A DNA stretch of 64,000 nt from the human T2T-CHM13v2.0 reference genome, Homo sapiens (GCF_009914755.1 NC_060947.1), one strand, 5' to 3'. Counted from the stretch's first letter, positions 33,639 through 49,193 are shown. Made by a program: numbers and translations. Notes: generated from the letters alone by a model not told the origin.

Positions 33639-33845
33639 TACTTATTTATTTAATTCTCACCACAACCTATGAGAAGGATCTATTGTTGCCTGACTTTAGA
33701 AAAAAGGAAACTGAGGTACAGTGAAGACAGAGTTAGCAAGTGCCAAGGCTTAGATGTGAACACAGGCTGTGTGGCTCCTGAGTAAATTCATCTATCCAGT
33801 GTGTGCTGCTGCCTCTCAAATGATGAGAAAAATCTTGCTTTTTCA

Positions 33846-34410
<565 letters not shown>

Positions 34411-34684
34411 TTATAGATTTATCTCTTACCTCATCAGTAAAGTTTAGGTTGGGGTGTTCACAGTGTAGAGGAGTCCCTCCCAGAGAGCAGAGTGGTTATC
34501 CTTCATTACCCCAACCTGTACAGGCTTTTCAGACCTTCGCCTACCCCTCTTAGTCTCCAGGATACTGTGAACATAGCAGCCCAGACCCCATTCCGCTGCC
34601 CCTCTCCTCTGTCAGTCACCTCCTGCTGGCCCTGCCCCACGTTATGCCTTCCAGCCAGTGACTATCAAGGGGCAGTAGAGCTAC

Positions 34685-36000
34685 CTGGTGTTCCATCATA
34701 TGGATGCCCCAGAGTATGTTGTTGTTGTTGTTGTTGTTTTACAGTCCTCTTGCACTTTTAAGTTTTTTTCAGGCAGAATTTGAATCATTCGAATGGTTCC
34801 ATAAAGGTTAATAAGCTAGGTTTTTAGGAAGGTATTGTATTTTTTGGTTTTTGTATACACTTCTTTGCAAAAAAGTTTGATAGTGGAGGTGCATTGGTGC
34901 CACCTTGTAACAGAAGCCTGAACTGCAGCCTGAACTGCAGCCTGAACTAGTGTAAGCTGGAAGGTGAAAGGGAGGGACTGTGGTCCAAACTTACAAGATA
35001 GAACTTTCTGGAAGTCTGGGCGTAAAAGGTGGCATACACAGGCAAAAAAAGATACTGAAGGCCTCTAAGCAGGAAGTACAGGTTTTTAGTATGTTAAAGA
35101 GAAAGAGGTATGTGAGAGGAACTAAAAGATCATTTTAATGTTTATGTGTTGAGACTTGTGGTTAAATAGCTAGAAGCCTATATAAGCAAAAATGGGATCA
35201 GACCATTTATGATTTTTGTAATCCACTTTCACTGTTATTGTGATTACCTTTCTGTGTAAATATATTTTTATGATAACATTTGAAATAACTACAACAAAAT
35301 TTTAGTGTCATTTTTTTAGTGGCCTGGGTATCATCTCATCATGTGGATGCCCTAAAATTTATTTAATTGGTATCCTAATTACAAAAATTTAGTTCCCTTA
35401 CTATTTTTTTCTATTACAAACAATAGTATACTTAACACTATGCTCATATAGATGCAAATGTCTTTGTGAGCATTTATTTATAAGTTCCTGAAAATGTCAT
35501 TTCAAAATCCTTTGAACTATAATATTCTTCAAAATACTATTACTAATTTATATTCCTTATATCACAGTATGAAAATGCCTGTTTTTCCACACATTAAAAA
35601 TAATGTGAATCATTAATCTTGTCTGCAAGAAATCATTTTTTCATGATTATTTTTATTATAATTTGTTTTTGCTACCTTCTAGAATTCCATCCTATGGATG
35701 TGATATTATCAGTTTTACAACTCTATGTTATTCAGAGTATTCTGATAGTTCCTATTACTCACATTCTGTGGATGAAATCTTTTCAAAGTCTGTGCACTAC
35801 AAAAGGGCACAGTTCCCATAGCTGTTTGTACTGGTGAGCAGAATGTGTTCCTCCTAGGAGAATTCTGGTATTGTGATAACAGAACATGATTATTGTATAA
35901 GAGAGAGTTCGTGTGTGCTGACAACTACGTTTCTCTCTTCCTTCTGCCCCTTTATGGCCTTAGGTTTCATTTGGTCTCTAAATTCAGGCTCTGCAGTGAA
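34685..36000 (+). repeat. Ancient duplicated block Y, copy 1 (paralog 62675-64000), containing exon-like cassette IVa 35683-35833
   Basis: TATGGATGCCCCAGAGTA, AAAATTTAGTTCCCTTAC, CAAAATACTATTACTAATTTATATT shared; CCTTCTAG| acceptor and CTG|GTGAGC donor. Confidence 0.88.
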
Positions 36001-36494
36001 GGAAGGGAATTATCAGGATGACAGGCCTTAACACTGGATCCCCATCAACATCTTCCACTATGTCCCGAAGATAAACTTCTAAAAGAGAATTGTTGGTGCA
36101 AAAGGTGTATACCTACGTAACCCTTTGCTAGGTATTGCCATACTGACACCCATAAAGGTAGTTCCGTTTAGGCTTCCCAAGTGGAGTCATGTGGCTGCAG
36201 AGGAATGAAGAAACTAGTAATGTTGACATCTAGTCACACAAGGCAGGCACTGGACTTTGTCATGGATCAACTCTCAAGCCACTACCATAATTGGAGGATG
36301 TGGAAGTGATCAGAAGTTACCAATTTTGCACACAAGCAAAACCCAAGGTAGCATGAGGGGAAAGGGCACAGTCATTGCTTGGAGGAACACAGGAAAGAGT
36401 TAGCAGATTGGGATATAGCAACAGTTGTATACATTCACGTTTATATGAAGCAGGTATGTCAAATCAATGTCAGAAGACCAGATCAATATCATAT

Positions 36495-37500
36495 TTTTTA
36501 ACAGCTTTCTTGCAGCTAAACCTACAGACAATATAATTTACGCATTTAAAGGGCATAATTTGATGAATTTTATTAAATGTATAGCATTGTTCAACCATCC
36601 CATAACTAAGTTTTAGACATTTCCATCACTCCAAAAAGTCTCATCATGCTTGAATGCAATTAATCCTTGCTCCCACCCCAAGCCTCAAACCACAGATATG
36701 CTTGGTGTCTCTGTGGATTTCTTTACTCCAGAAATTTCATGTAAATGCAATTATATAATATTTGGTCTTTTGCATATATCTACTTTCACTTCACATATGT
36801 TTTGAAGGTTCATCTATATTATGGCATATCCATACTTCATTCCTTTTATTGGCAAAGAATAATCGTAATATATCACATTTTAAACACATTAATCAATTAG
36901 TGGACATTTGGGTTGCTGCCAGTTTTGGGCTATTGCAAATAAGGTTGCTATGTACATTTGTGTACAAGTTTTTATGTAGATAAATGTGTTGATCTTGGGT
37001 GTGTACCTAGGAATGGAATTGCTGGGTCATATGATAACTCTATCCATGTGAGGAACTGCCAGATGATTTTCATGACTGATTGTCTTGAGAAATACAGACT
37101 TAGTTTTTCTTGTGATTAGACTAGTGTTAAAGGTTTTGAGAAAGAATGCCACAGAGTTGAAGTGCCCTTCTTGTCACATCATATCTGGGTTTACATAATG
37201 CCCACATGAAGTCACTGGTGATAATGTTTCATCACTTGGTGAAAGTGGTGTCTGTCAAGTTTCTAATAACCATTTTTCATTCCCTACTCTGTTCTTTAGG
37301 AGAAAGTCACAAAATCAGCCCTACCCTCAGCAAGTGGGGTGCAAAATTAAGCTTGACCTCAGGGAGAGCAGATAGCTACATATTTCACTTAGAATTATTT
37401 GAAAAAGACAATTTTCCTTCTCTCACCTATTTCTTTATTAATTCAAACTTTTGTTTATATTGGTATGGATTCATGTATACCTATGTTAAATGCTGGGATA
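36495..37500 (-). mobile_element. Old L1M fragments
   Basis: TACCTAGGAATGGAATTGCTGGGTCATATG, CATTTCCATCACTCCAAAAAG. Confidence 0.7.
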
Positions 37501-40255
37501 TTTTATTGAACAAATGCATCACAATAGAAACTCCAACATCTTGGTATCTGTGGTGCAGACTGGAACATGAGTGCCAGGGAGATTGGAGCACTCAGATTCC
37601 TGGCAGCCTCAGGGCACAAAGCTTTAATGAAACTCCAGGTTCTATTACCGAGCAGGCATTAACAACATAGTTCCCCTGATTTACTTAACCTCTCCTAACT
37701 TCCTATAACCTGACCTAAACTATGGATTTCACAATAGGTTACCTGGATGAAGGTGAAGGTTAAAGGATATACAACTTAGAGTATGATATGATTACAATTT
37801 TAAAAACATTAATATCATCTCTCCCAGAAGAAATACCTGTTGTCTGACTGAGCCCCTGTCTGCCATCTTAAAAGACAGTCAGTTCACATGGTTCCCATAC
37901 ACAGGTCTCTTGGCCCTAGGGGCAGGATTTCATCATTATCCTCATCATCACCAAGAGGGGTTGTTGAGTGAGCATCCATGAGGGATTGTAAAGTGACTAG
38001 TCCCTAAGCCTTGGTGGCTCATCATCCGCAGAAGTCCCCGAGTACATGCAATGTTTCTTAACTTTCTTTCATTATTTATGATCCAAAGGAGGCTTTTTAG
38101 ACATTCATTTTTTTTCTCGTTAGCTCCTTCCTGCCTGGAACATGAAATTTTAATAGCACAGATATAGTGTTAACTGTTTGTGTGCTGTGTGGTTCATTGT
38201 AGTGCCACAAACCATTGTAACGTCTACCATCTCCCCACCCTCCAGAATCAATTTTCAGCCCCTTGGGGACAATATCTCCTTTATTGAGAATGCATGGACA
38301 TTGTGATGATGGCAAAAGCTGTAACTTCATTCCTGTCCCTTACTTGATGTATGACACTGGAATCCTTTCTTAGCCTCTGTCAGCCTGTTCTTGGTCATCT
38401 GTAAAAGGAACTCACAATGCCTTCCTCACAGAACTGTTCTGTGGGGTAAATTGGAAATCCTGTACAGAGTAGATGGCACCTAGTAGGACTTCAACAAATG
38501 TTTGTCCTGGCCCACCTTTTCCTTTCCTCTCAGAGAAATGATGACTGTCACCTAATCCAACCAGCATAACTGCCACAAAGACCACCAGGAAATGGAGCAG
38601 GAAGTAGAACATTGTGAATGAAGCACTGGGGCCATTTCTGTGTTGCAGGAGAACTTTGCTGAAGGATTGAGGGAGACTGAAGAAGCTCATTGAACCATTT
38701 TCTTTAATTCCTTGTCATTTTCTCCTCCCTTGTTTGATCTTCTAGATTGATATTGGAAAAGCAGTTTCCCATTGAGTCTCAAATGAAGAGAGTGCAGATG
38801 AAGAGGAGGTAGGAGTCACAAGCCCTTGACCCTCATGCTAGACCCATTACCACCCACAGGACCTTGCAGTGGGATTTCATCTGCACCATCAGCTTCTTCA
38901 GAGAGAGAGGTTGTTGAGTGAGTACGCATAAGGGCATAATCCTAGCAACATAAAAAAACGACAAGTGTTTAAGTCCTAGATGGTCATCATCTCTAAAAGG
39001 AGATCATATGTTGTCCTTTGAGGAGAGTAAGAGTTACATCCCCACTCCTGATCATTACTAGATGCCTCTGCAAAATTGATTTTCCATCAGTGAGTCTGAG
39101 TTGGTAATCTGTAAACTGGAAATAATGATGCCTTCCTCACAGACTTCTTGTGAGAGAATTACACAAGGCATACAATTGTTTCCATACTTTTAGCTAAGTT
39201 AGTGCTGTTATCCAGCTTTTCATCCTCTGAAGATAATGTTTCTGAGATTTCTCTAATAAGATGACTTTGGGATTGTTTTGATATGACTAGACATGTTGTT
39301 GTGACCATGCTTGTATACCTTTTCTGGTGCAACATGTGTGTTTCTCTCTATAGTCCGTGATTAAGAGAGTAGCATCTGATGGGGGCCTCATTTTGTTTTC
39401 TCATAGATGTTGACAAATGTCTCTGCAAAGACATTGTACCAATTTGTTCTTCCCCATTAGTGTATGAAGTTCTTTTCACCTACATTTTCCATTTAAATGG
39501 GATGTAGTGTAAACACACACTATCAGTCATCAGGGTTTATTTCTAAACTCAATAATTATTCTATGATATATTCTGAGGCATAAATGTAAACTATGTCATT
39601 TATTTAAAAATGTGATAAAAAAATGAAAAGGAATCTAACATTATAACGCCAGGATATCAGATCAGCAGCAAATATTTAAAAAGTCTTATGAAACTTATTT
39701 GTTCAGATCTGTAAAAGCAGGTGCTCTCTTCTCATAGTTGGTTGGGATACATATTAATAAAAGGATTGTACAGTTCAATTAGACAGTACAGCAATGTTAA
39801 ATTTTCATGCTTTTTGAGGAAACAGTTACACTTGTGGGAATTTAGCCTCCTGATATAGCAGGAAGAGCTCTGGCAGTCATCACTCATCTGTCCACATGAC
39901 TCAGGAAGCTGCCCATTTTCTTTGCTGACTCAGAGCCTTCAAGTCCCCTCTTCCTGAGGCACTGTTTTACAATGTAGGTTTTATTATTTAGGATAGTGAG
40001 GCCAAGGGATCAGGAGACAACTGCCATTAAGGAGATAGTTTATTACTCAAAGTTCCCAAGAGGGGGCGCTCTCCATTCCACATAAGTCCACTCAGAGTCC
40101 ACCAATTTAGGCAGGAGGTAAACGTGGCAAAAGCCTTTATTGTGGTTTTCCGTGGTAAATGACAGACAAGGCAGGATAATTAGGCTTAGGACTGACTACT
40201 CGGAATAATTTCAGTAGGTTCTGTGGTGCAGGGGCTGTCCTAAGTTGTCTGGAAT

Positions 40256-40862
40256 TGTTACTGGAAAGAGGTTCTGATCCAGACCCCAAGAGAAGGTTGT
40301 TGGATCTCACTCAGGAAAGAATTTGGGGCAGGTCCATAGAGTAAAGTGAAAGCAAGTTTATTTAGAAAGTAAAAGAATAAAAAAATGGCTACTCCATAGG
40401 TAGAGCAGCCCCGAGGGCTGCTGGTTGCCCATTTTTATGGATATTTCTTGATTATATGCTAAACATGGGGGTGGATTATTCATGAGTTTTCCGGGAAAGG
40501 TGTGGGCAGTTCCCAGAACTGAAGGTTTCTCCTCATTTTATACCATATAGGGTAACTTCCTGATGTTGTCATGGCATTTGTAAACTGTCTTGATGCTTGT
40601 GGGAGTGTCTTTTAGCATGCTAATGCATTATAATAGCAGTGTGGACAACCAGAGGTCACTTTCATAGCCATTTTGGTTTCGTTGGGTTTTAGCTGGCTTC
40701 TTTACTGCAACCCGTTTTATCAGCAAAGTCTTTATGACCTCCTATCTCATCCTGTGACTAAGAATGCCTTGACCTTCTGGGAATACAGCCCAGTAGGTCT
40801 CAACCTTATTTTACTTAGCCCCTATTCAAAATAGAGTTTCTCTGGTTCAAATGCCTCTGACA
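40256..40862 (-). mobile_element. MER41B solo LTR (ERV1)
   Basis: TGTTACTGGAAAG..GATCCAGACCCCAAGAG...CAAATGCCTCTGACA; 4-bp TSD GAAT. Confidence 0.9.
40489..40518. promoter_or_regulatory. Tandem GAS (STAT1) motifs in MER41B
   Basis: TTCCGGGAA (40489-40497) and TTCCCAGAA (40510-40518) both fit TTCNNNGAA. Confidence 0.65.
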
Positions 40863-43800
40863 GAATCAGGTTCTGGTATGATTAGGGGAGGGTACTATTG
40901 GCCTGGAGTATAAGAGCCCAGTAGAGGAGGTGTGAGTGTGTATGTGTAGGTGCTCTGTATTAGTTAGTTTGAATATAAAAGGTGTGCTCCTTAGGTGAGT
41001 TCTTTGTTAGGACTAGGAATTAGCTGACCCTGGACAGAGTAGTCCCTCCCCAGTTAGCAAGGCCTCAGATGCCAGAGCATCAAACATACAAGAAATAAGA
41101 AAAAAATGCTACCACTGTTATCTATCCTTTGATCCAAACAGAAAAATCTGTCTCACGTTGAATACCCACTCTAGGTGGACCATCCAGGAGCCACTCCAAG
41201 CTTTGATATGGAGCAGTTCTCAGGTTCCTACTCCTAGAGGGACCTGTAGACCTCTGACATCATTCCTGTCTGGGAGAAATCTCTCTTCCTCTCCCTTCTC
41301 TGTGTCCTCAGAGGTCCTCCCTTTCCTACAAGATAATAAGCAGCCCAATCCTTTCCTTAAGTTTTCATAAAAGATGGAAGAAATACTGGCTTCATGTCTG
41401 AAGCTTCTGCTTCTAGCTCTGCCACAAACCATTCCTGAAGCAAGGGGAAGGGGCACCAAACTTGGATCCTTGCTGGAAATGCCACCAGCACCTCAGGGTG
41501 CCCACATTGACAGATTCTATTCCTGGCTCTAGCAGTAGGCCTGGTGAGCAATGTCTTTGCCATCCTTCTCTGGTAAGGAATATGTGCTTTGTAGTCACAT
41601 CCGTCTGTGGAGAGAGAATAGCAACACCTCACTAGCAGGGCTGTTATGTGGGTTAATTCCAACTACTAACGCGAAGAATGTAGCACTAGGCTTGGCTAAA
41701 AATCGGCTTCATAAATATTAGCTATCTTTCCTCTTTGTGGCCAAAAGTTCATATGACTCCTAACCTGCCCCCTCACCCAAGCTTCCTTAACCAAATTGCA
41801 GGTCAAAATCACTTTGGGATCCCTTTCTAAACCCTCATTTGAAACTCTTTTGTTGGTGAAATAGGACTTCTGTATTGAAGGCCATTCAAGTTATGAAGTT
41901 GTAATAATGTGGACCTCAAAAAATATATACACCAATTTGGCACCAGCAGTGTATCCAAGTGTTCATTGCCCCTTTGTTCCACAGACACCAGGTGTTACCA
42001 GCTTTTGTCTTTTTTGTTTTGTTTTGTTTTGTTTTTTTTTTTTGACAATCTGATCTGCTTGTTTTCGCCAGACCTTTCCCATTGGAAGAATCATATCAGA
42101 TGGTCATTAAACTTACAGATTCACAGGGTCACCCCTTAGACTTTCCAGATTTAAAACAAAACAAAACAGTATGACCAGTTGAATTTGAACTTCAGATAAA
42201 CAAAATTATATACACTAAAACATTCAGATTTACCTAGATGTACTCTATTTTATCTTTCTACCCTTCCCATAGAAGACTCTGTATTGAACCAAGGTGCTCT
42301 ACACAGTAGCCCCTACTAAGCTCCCAGCAGATGCCAGCATCAGTCATCCATGTAAGTGAGCTTTTTTGGAAGTCCCAGGATGCATTTTTCTGTATTTAGA
42401 TGATTGCAGTCCCTGATGACAGATACCACATTGAGCAGAAATCATCCAGCGAAGCCTAGTGAACTCACAAAATCCTGAGAGATAATAAATGGCTATTGTT
42501 TGGGACGTTTTGTTAAGTAGAAATGAATATCCAAAACATGTGGATTTGGTGAACTTTCCCTCTTTTTCTCTAATCTATTATACTGGAATTTGTAGAGATT
42601 CTCTTAGCCTTAAAGCCTTGGTAGGACTTTGTTATATATTTTGCCATAATCTGCATATGAGTTTATGTGTGGGTATTGAATTCTGAACATTTCCTCAATT
42701 CCTTCTTGAAGGGATTTTTCAAGGGAAAATTTCACAATATATGATTTTCAACCCACTCTTGGAATTTAGAACCTAATTCAAATCCCCCTCCATAAAAGGA
42801 GCTTCCACTGCAATCACTCATTTTAAGGAATTCAGAGGCTGCTACTACACGCTCCTCCCAAGCCATATGGAAAATCATATCTTCAGCAGGTTGCTTGATG
42901 AATATGCTATTGGGACAAGGGTTATCTATCACTTGTGAACTGTTTTTCAAAGAAGGTGTCCTGAGATACTTTCTCCTGCTACAGGGATAGCCCTTGGCAA
43001 GGAGATTACTTTCCTTGGGTACACATAGTCAGGGCTCCTTCAGGAGACAGCAGGTAGTTAACTGTTCATTGCAGTCCTTGGCCTTTGTGACTGTCCCAAT
43101 GCAGCACTGCTGGATGGACTAATCTGTCCAGTTCTGGGGTTCATTCATAGAAAGCCCATGTGACAGTAAATCTAAGTCATATTCTCCAATATCACTTTTA
43201 TGAGGAATAAAATCAATGTATTATGCTTATTACTTTTTTGTGATTTTTTTAGTTGGTTTAGAGTTCAGACTAAGAGCAGGAAGGTATTTTGGGGGCTTCT
43301 TAAACACAAAAGCATTGTAAAGCAAGACCATAGAAAGAGTTGAGGAGCCAGTGAGGCACAGAAAGGGGAGTAGAGCTGTAGGCCTGTTGTAAGACCCATC
43401 CCTGAGGACAGAGCAGGATGATTGCTCCTGAAGGGCGGCTTACTATTTAGAGTTTTGAAGGGAGAGGACCTGGGGTGAACAACCCATTTCTCCTTTCAAA
43501 CTTACCAGTCGGTTAAGTCATTCCTGCGATAGAGAAGGAGTGAGTGTGTAGAGAGGCTACATGTGTTTTTGTTTTTTTCTTTTTTTTTTTTTCATGGATG
43601 TCTCTCCACATGGAAAAAGTATCAAAAATGTAGGATAAAAATTTTCCAGGATAACCCAATGTGTTATTGAATTGACTAGATGTCTGCCTACTAAATGATG
43701 ATATTATTATAGGCCTGCTTCCATGAAATAAATTTGAGATTCCTTAAATGACATTTTATGGTATTTTAGATCATTTTAATCATAAATATGATTATAGACA

Positions 43801-46800
43801 TTCTCTAGTTTTCCGCCACAGATGACTAACCACTTAGCATAATGTATGAGTTTTGCACGTTCACTTTCAGAGGGCTAGCTCATCACCAAGAGCCCTGGGG
43901 TACGTCCTGGGTCTCTGGATACTGGTGATACTCCTCTACTGTCACTTTTAAACAAATAAAATTTTTGACCACAGGGACCTGCTTTCTTCTACCAAACTGG
44001 GCAGAGTTTCCCCAATTGCCTGGGTCCCAGCCTAGTTCCTCTAGTGAGTATGCTTTTGCAGGTGGTGGTCTAAAGTGGTCTATATGCTTTCAGCTATAGG
44101 CAAAGGAACTATGCAAAGGTGTGTGAGACATAGAGGACAAGTCAATGCATCACAGTTGCCATGGAAACCTGAAGTCATTATGGGGCTTCTGCATCTTTTA
44201 ATAGAGCAGAAGACCTAGAATAATATGGCTATGAGAGCAAGGTCCTGCCTTCAGGTGTTTGGGACTCAGTTGAGGTTGTGGGTGCCCCATGGTGGGGGCT
44301 GAACTGCCCTGGGATGAATGAGAGAGACATAGGACTCTTCTCACCCCAGTGAGTGTCATGTATTGCTCCAGGGTGTCCTGTAGCTACTTTCCACATAAAG
44401 GCCAGGCATGGGAGGATGAGACTGGTAATGACTCTCTTTGACCTCAGCTTCCCCTTCTGTAAAATGGGGATAAGAATGCTCACATACAGGATTGCTGCAA
44501 CCGGGATTGTAATAACACAAATGCAAGCCCATAGCCCTGTGGTTATTGCAGAATCAGGAATACCTGTGTGAGTTGAGGTCACTTCTCATTCCTTTTCAAT
44601 TTTGTTGTTAGAAGATAGATGAGGAAAGGAGAAGAAAAAGGTCCTAGTGAGAAACCCACTGACGACCCTTCTAATTGTTATGATCACTACCCAATTGTAT
44701 CAGTGTCATTGTTCACTAACCCAGTGCCTAGCATGGTGCCAGGCACATAGTTACTCTAAGAAAGCACAGTGATTGCTGGATTCTCTTTCTCCTTGTACAG
44801 CTCTTCATGTGGATGTCTGAGCTCATATCAGGTGTCTGAAAGAGGCAGATTCTGAGGATTTGGGTCATGATGGCTGCCAAAGCTTCTACTCCTGACTTAA
44901 AGGGCAACAATCCTAGGAGACCACCAGCACTTACATCCCTGGTAGGACATGACACCTGCTTATGGTGAGTTCATGGACCTGAACAAAAGCATGTGGTGGA
45001 ATAGCTCCTGTGAGGTTCACAAAATAGCTTAAAAATAAAGAAGCTACTTTCATCTCATCACTGGGGAAGAGGTTTAGCGGGTGGAATTTCCTTTCATCAG
45101 CAACTGTATGCTTTGAAGTAGCCCTTGACACCCATCTAAGTGATGCCTGCTTTGAAAGCAATGAATTACCCACACTGAAGAAAGAACTTGATCTTAATAT
45201 GCACTTGTAATAAATACATATTTTTTCTGACTGTATAAGTCATTCCCATTTATCTCCCAGATGGGGGTTGAACTATGCAGTTAGTTAGAAGATGTCCCTA
45301 GCAATTTGATTCATGTATTAATATTTCTCCTTGCAGTCTATCAGTTTTAGCCTCGTTTTACATTTTTTAAAAGACTTTAAATCAGAAAAACAAAAATTGA
45401 GGGAATTCCACATGAATTTTAATATCAACTTGTTAATTTCTAGAAAAAAATTTATGCTAGTATTTTGACTGGGATTCCATTGAAAGCATAGATCATTTTG
45501 GGGAGAACAGACATCATAACAAAACTGAGTCATCCAACTCAAGAAGAGAAGAAAAGGCCTAAAGACAATCTACAGGTCAACTCTAGAAAGATCAATCTAT
45601 AAAAGAATAGTTATAGTACTTCCAATTTTATATTTGTGGTTAGAATTGAATCAGTTGAATTGTGTTTTTCTTCCTTACCTGATGAATCATGAGTTCTTTG
45701 GTGGTGAGAGAGAGCGAGAGAGCATGTGGATATATCAGTGTATGTACATGCACATATATATATATATATATATATATGTTTATATCACTGAAGTTGTGAT
45801 GAGTATCTATTGTTAGGAACACTTAAGGAGTGTTAATGTGGTCATGTCAGTCTCTTTCAATTCTTCGCACATTTTATGAACCAAATCAGAGTGATTATTC
45901 TTTGCTTTTTTTCCACCTTTCTCCTTGGCCAGCATGGTTACCATGGTGACTCATTGACTACTGTGGGATTTTGTGCAGACTGCGCATCCATGTATGATTC
46001 TCGTCTGAATCACTCACACCCAGTTGTCTGTCCACCAGACATAGTATTAGCTTTTGATCTTATATGCAGTTGTTCACTTCTAAAGGGCTCAGAAGAAACT
46101 TGCTTTGCTTCTCTGAGGTTAAGCTACATAACATAAGAGGACACTAAGTAACTTAAAAGAAAAAGAAATAGGTTGTTGATATTCTCCTTCCTCAAGCTTT
46201 ATCAGGAGGTTAGAAGAAATATTACTGGAATCATACAGCATGCACTCTCTTGTGTCTGGCTCCCTTCAATCAACATAATGTGTGTGAGATTAACATGTAT
46301 TGTTGTTTGTAGTTGTAGATTATTCATTCTCGTTGTTGTAAAGTATTATATTGTTTGGATACTTCACAATATAGTTATCTGTTATAAAAACTTGGGTATT
46401 TTCCAGTTTTTGACTTATCATGAGTAATGATCATACGAACATTTTTGTTTGTATCAAATAGATGGACATATATTTTCATCTCTCTTGGGCATATACCAAA
46501 GAATAGCATTCCTGAGTCATAGGGTATGTCTGTGTGTGGCTCCATAGATACCACCAAGCAGTTTTTACAGTGTTTTTTTTTTTTCAATCTATATTCCCAC
46601 CAGCAGTGTGTGAGAGTTTCACTTAATCCATATCCTCACCAGCACTTGGTATTTTCCATCTTTTCCATTTTTGTTGTTCTGGTGAGCATGTGGTACTATC
46701 TCCTACTGGTTTTAATTGTAATTTCTCCAAAGTGTCAAGTCCCTTTTAATTCAAAGAAGGTCCATCCTTTTTTTCAACCTTCTACTTAGAGTTCTCCAAC

Positions 46801-46919
46801 AAAACAGAACGACTCATATATATATGTGTACATATATATGTATATGTGTGTGATATATGTGTATATATATACACACATATATACACATACACTCATATAT
46901 GTATGTATGTATATCTGTG

Positions 46920-46945
<26 letters not shown>

Positions 46946-46950
<5 letters not shown>

Positions 46951-49137
46951 ACATTGCAGAGATATTACAGGTTTAGTTGCAGACCACTGCAATAAAGCAA
47001 ATACCATATTAAGCAAGTCACATGAATTTTATGGTTTCCCACTGCATATAAAAGTTATGTTTACACTACTGTAGTCTATTAAATATGCAAATAGCATTAT
47101 GTCTATAAAAATAGTGTACTTACCTTAATTTAAAAAGACTTTATTGCTAAAAACTGCTAACAATCATCTGAGCCTTCAGTGAATTATTATCTTTTTGTTG
47201 GTAGAGGGCCTTGATGCTGTTGATGGCTAACAGATCGGGGTGGTGGTTGCTGAAAGTTGGCACAGTTCTAATAATTTCTTAAGATAAGACAACAATGAAG
47301 TTTGCTGCATCCATTGACTCTTCCTTTCACAAAAGATTTTTCCATAAGCATGTGATACTATTTGATAGCGTTTTACCCAGAGTTCAAGTTATTTCAAAAT
47401 TAAGGTCAATCTTTCAAACCCTGCCACTGCTTTATCAAGTTTATGTAATATTCTAAACCTTTTGTTGTCATTTCAATGATGCTCACTGCATCTTCAACAG
47501 AAGTAGATTCCATCTCAACCAACCACTTTCTTTACTCATCCAGAAGAAAAAACTCCTTATCTGTTCAAGTTTGATCTTGAGATTGCAGCAATTCCATCAC
47601 ATCTTCAAGCTCTACTTTAATTCTAGATCTCTTGCTGTTTCCATCACATCTGCAGTTATTCTTCCACTGAGGTCTCGAACCCCTCAAAGTCATCCATGAG
47701 GGTTGGAATCAACTTCTTCCAAATTCCTTTTAATGTTGATATTTTGACCTCTTCCTATGAATCACAATGTTCACAATGGCATTTAAAATGAATTCTTTCT
47801 AGAAGATTTTTCCATTTACTTTGCCTGGGTCCACCAGAGGAATCACTGAGCAGTAGGCCTCAATAGCGGGCTTAAAGTATTCAGTAAACCATGCTGTAAA
47901 CAGAGGTGCTGTCATTTAGGCTTGTTGTTTTATTTCTAGAATGCAGACAGAGTATATTTAGCATAATTTTTAAGGGCCCTTGGATATTCAGAATGGTAAT
48001 TGAACATTGGCTTCAATTTTAAGTCACCAGCTTTATTAACCCCTAAAAAAAAGAGTTAGTCTGTCCTTCGAAGCTTTGAAGCCAGGCATTGTTTTCTACT
48101 TTCTAGCTATGAAAGTTCTACATGGCATCTTCTTCCACTATAAAACTGTTTTCTCTACATTGAAAATATTTTGTTTAGTATAGCAACCCTCGTCAATTAT
48201 TTTACCTATGTCTCTGGATAATTTGCTGTAGCTTCTACATGAGCACATGCTACTTCACCTTGCACTTTCATGTTGTGGAGATGGGTTCTTTCCTTAAACC
48301 TCACGAACCAACCTTTGCTAGCTCCAGCTTTTCTTCTGGCTACACTTTTCTTCTGCTGCTTCCTCACATTTTCTTAGCCTTCATAGAATTGAATAGAGTT
48401 AGAGCCTTGCTCTGGATTATGCTTTGGCTTAAGGGAATGTTGTGGCTGATTTGATCTTCTATCCAGGTCACTAAAACTTTCTCTTTACCAGCAATAAGGC
48501 TGTTTTGCATTCTTTTCATTCATGTGTTCACTAGAGGAGAACTTTTAATCTCCTTGAAAAACATTTACTTTGTGTTCACAACCTGGCTGTTTGGTGCAAG
48601 AGGCCTAGCTTTTGGCCTGTCTCAACTTTTGACATGCCTTGCTTACTCAGTGTAATCATTTCTAGCTTTTGATTTAAAGTGAGAGACATGGGACTCGTCC
48701 TTTCACCTGAACATTCAAAGCCATTATAGGGTTAATATAATAGCCTAATTTCAATATTGTTGTGTCCCAGGGAATAGGGAGGCCTGAGGACAGGGAGAGA
48801 GACCGAGAAACAGCCAGTCAGTGAAGCAGTTAGAGCACATACATTTATCAATTAAGTTAGTCATCTTAGATGGGTGTAGTTTGTGGTGCCTGCCCCGAAA
48901 CAATTACAACAGTAAAATCAAAGACCACTGTTCACAGATCACCACAATAGCTATTACAATAATAATGAAAAAATTTGAAATATTGTGAGAATTACCAAAA
49001 TATGACAGACACACAAAATGAGCACATGCTATTGGAAAAATGGTGCTAATAGACATGCTTGATGCAAGGTTGCCATAAAACTTCTGTTTGTAAAACATGC
49101 AATATCTGTGAAATGCAATAAAACAGAGATATGCTTG
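46946..49137 (-). mobile_element. Tigger1 DNA transposon, near full length, decayed
   Basis: Ends GCAGACCACTGCAATAAAGC and GCAATAAAACAGAGATATGCTTG-TA; internal AAGCTTTGAAGCCAGGCATTG. Confidence 0.9.
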
Positions 49138-49193
49138 TATGTATATACACACACAAACACACACATATATGTACACACACACACACAAACACA

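Larger units (their letters stand above)
39963..41112. mobile_element. MER21-like LTR interrupted by MER41B
   Basis: GATCAGGAGACAACTGCCATT...TTTATTACTCAAAGTTCCCAAG; absent from the paralog near 28010. Confidence 0.7.
37815..42125 (+). repeat. Paralog of 24940-30420 with cassettes Ib (37828-37967), IIc (from 38534) and IIIc (38746-38917)
   Basis: CTGACTGAGCCCCTG, TTTTCAGCCCCTTGGG, ATTGTACCAATTTG, AATCTCTCTTCCTCTCC, AGATAA.AAGCAG.CCAATC shared in the same order. Confidence 0.9.

Noticed and set aside
34915-34949. AGCCTGAACTGC x3 as a CRISPR-like or regulatory array
   Set aside because: Simple slippage tandem without spacers in eukaryotic DNA
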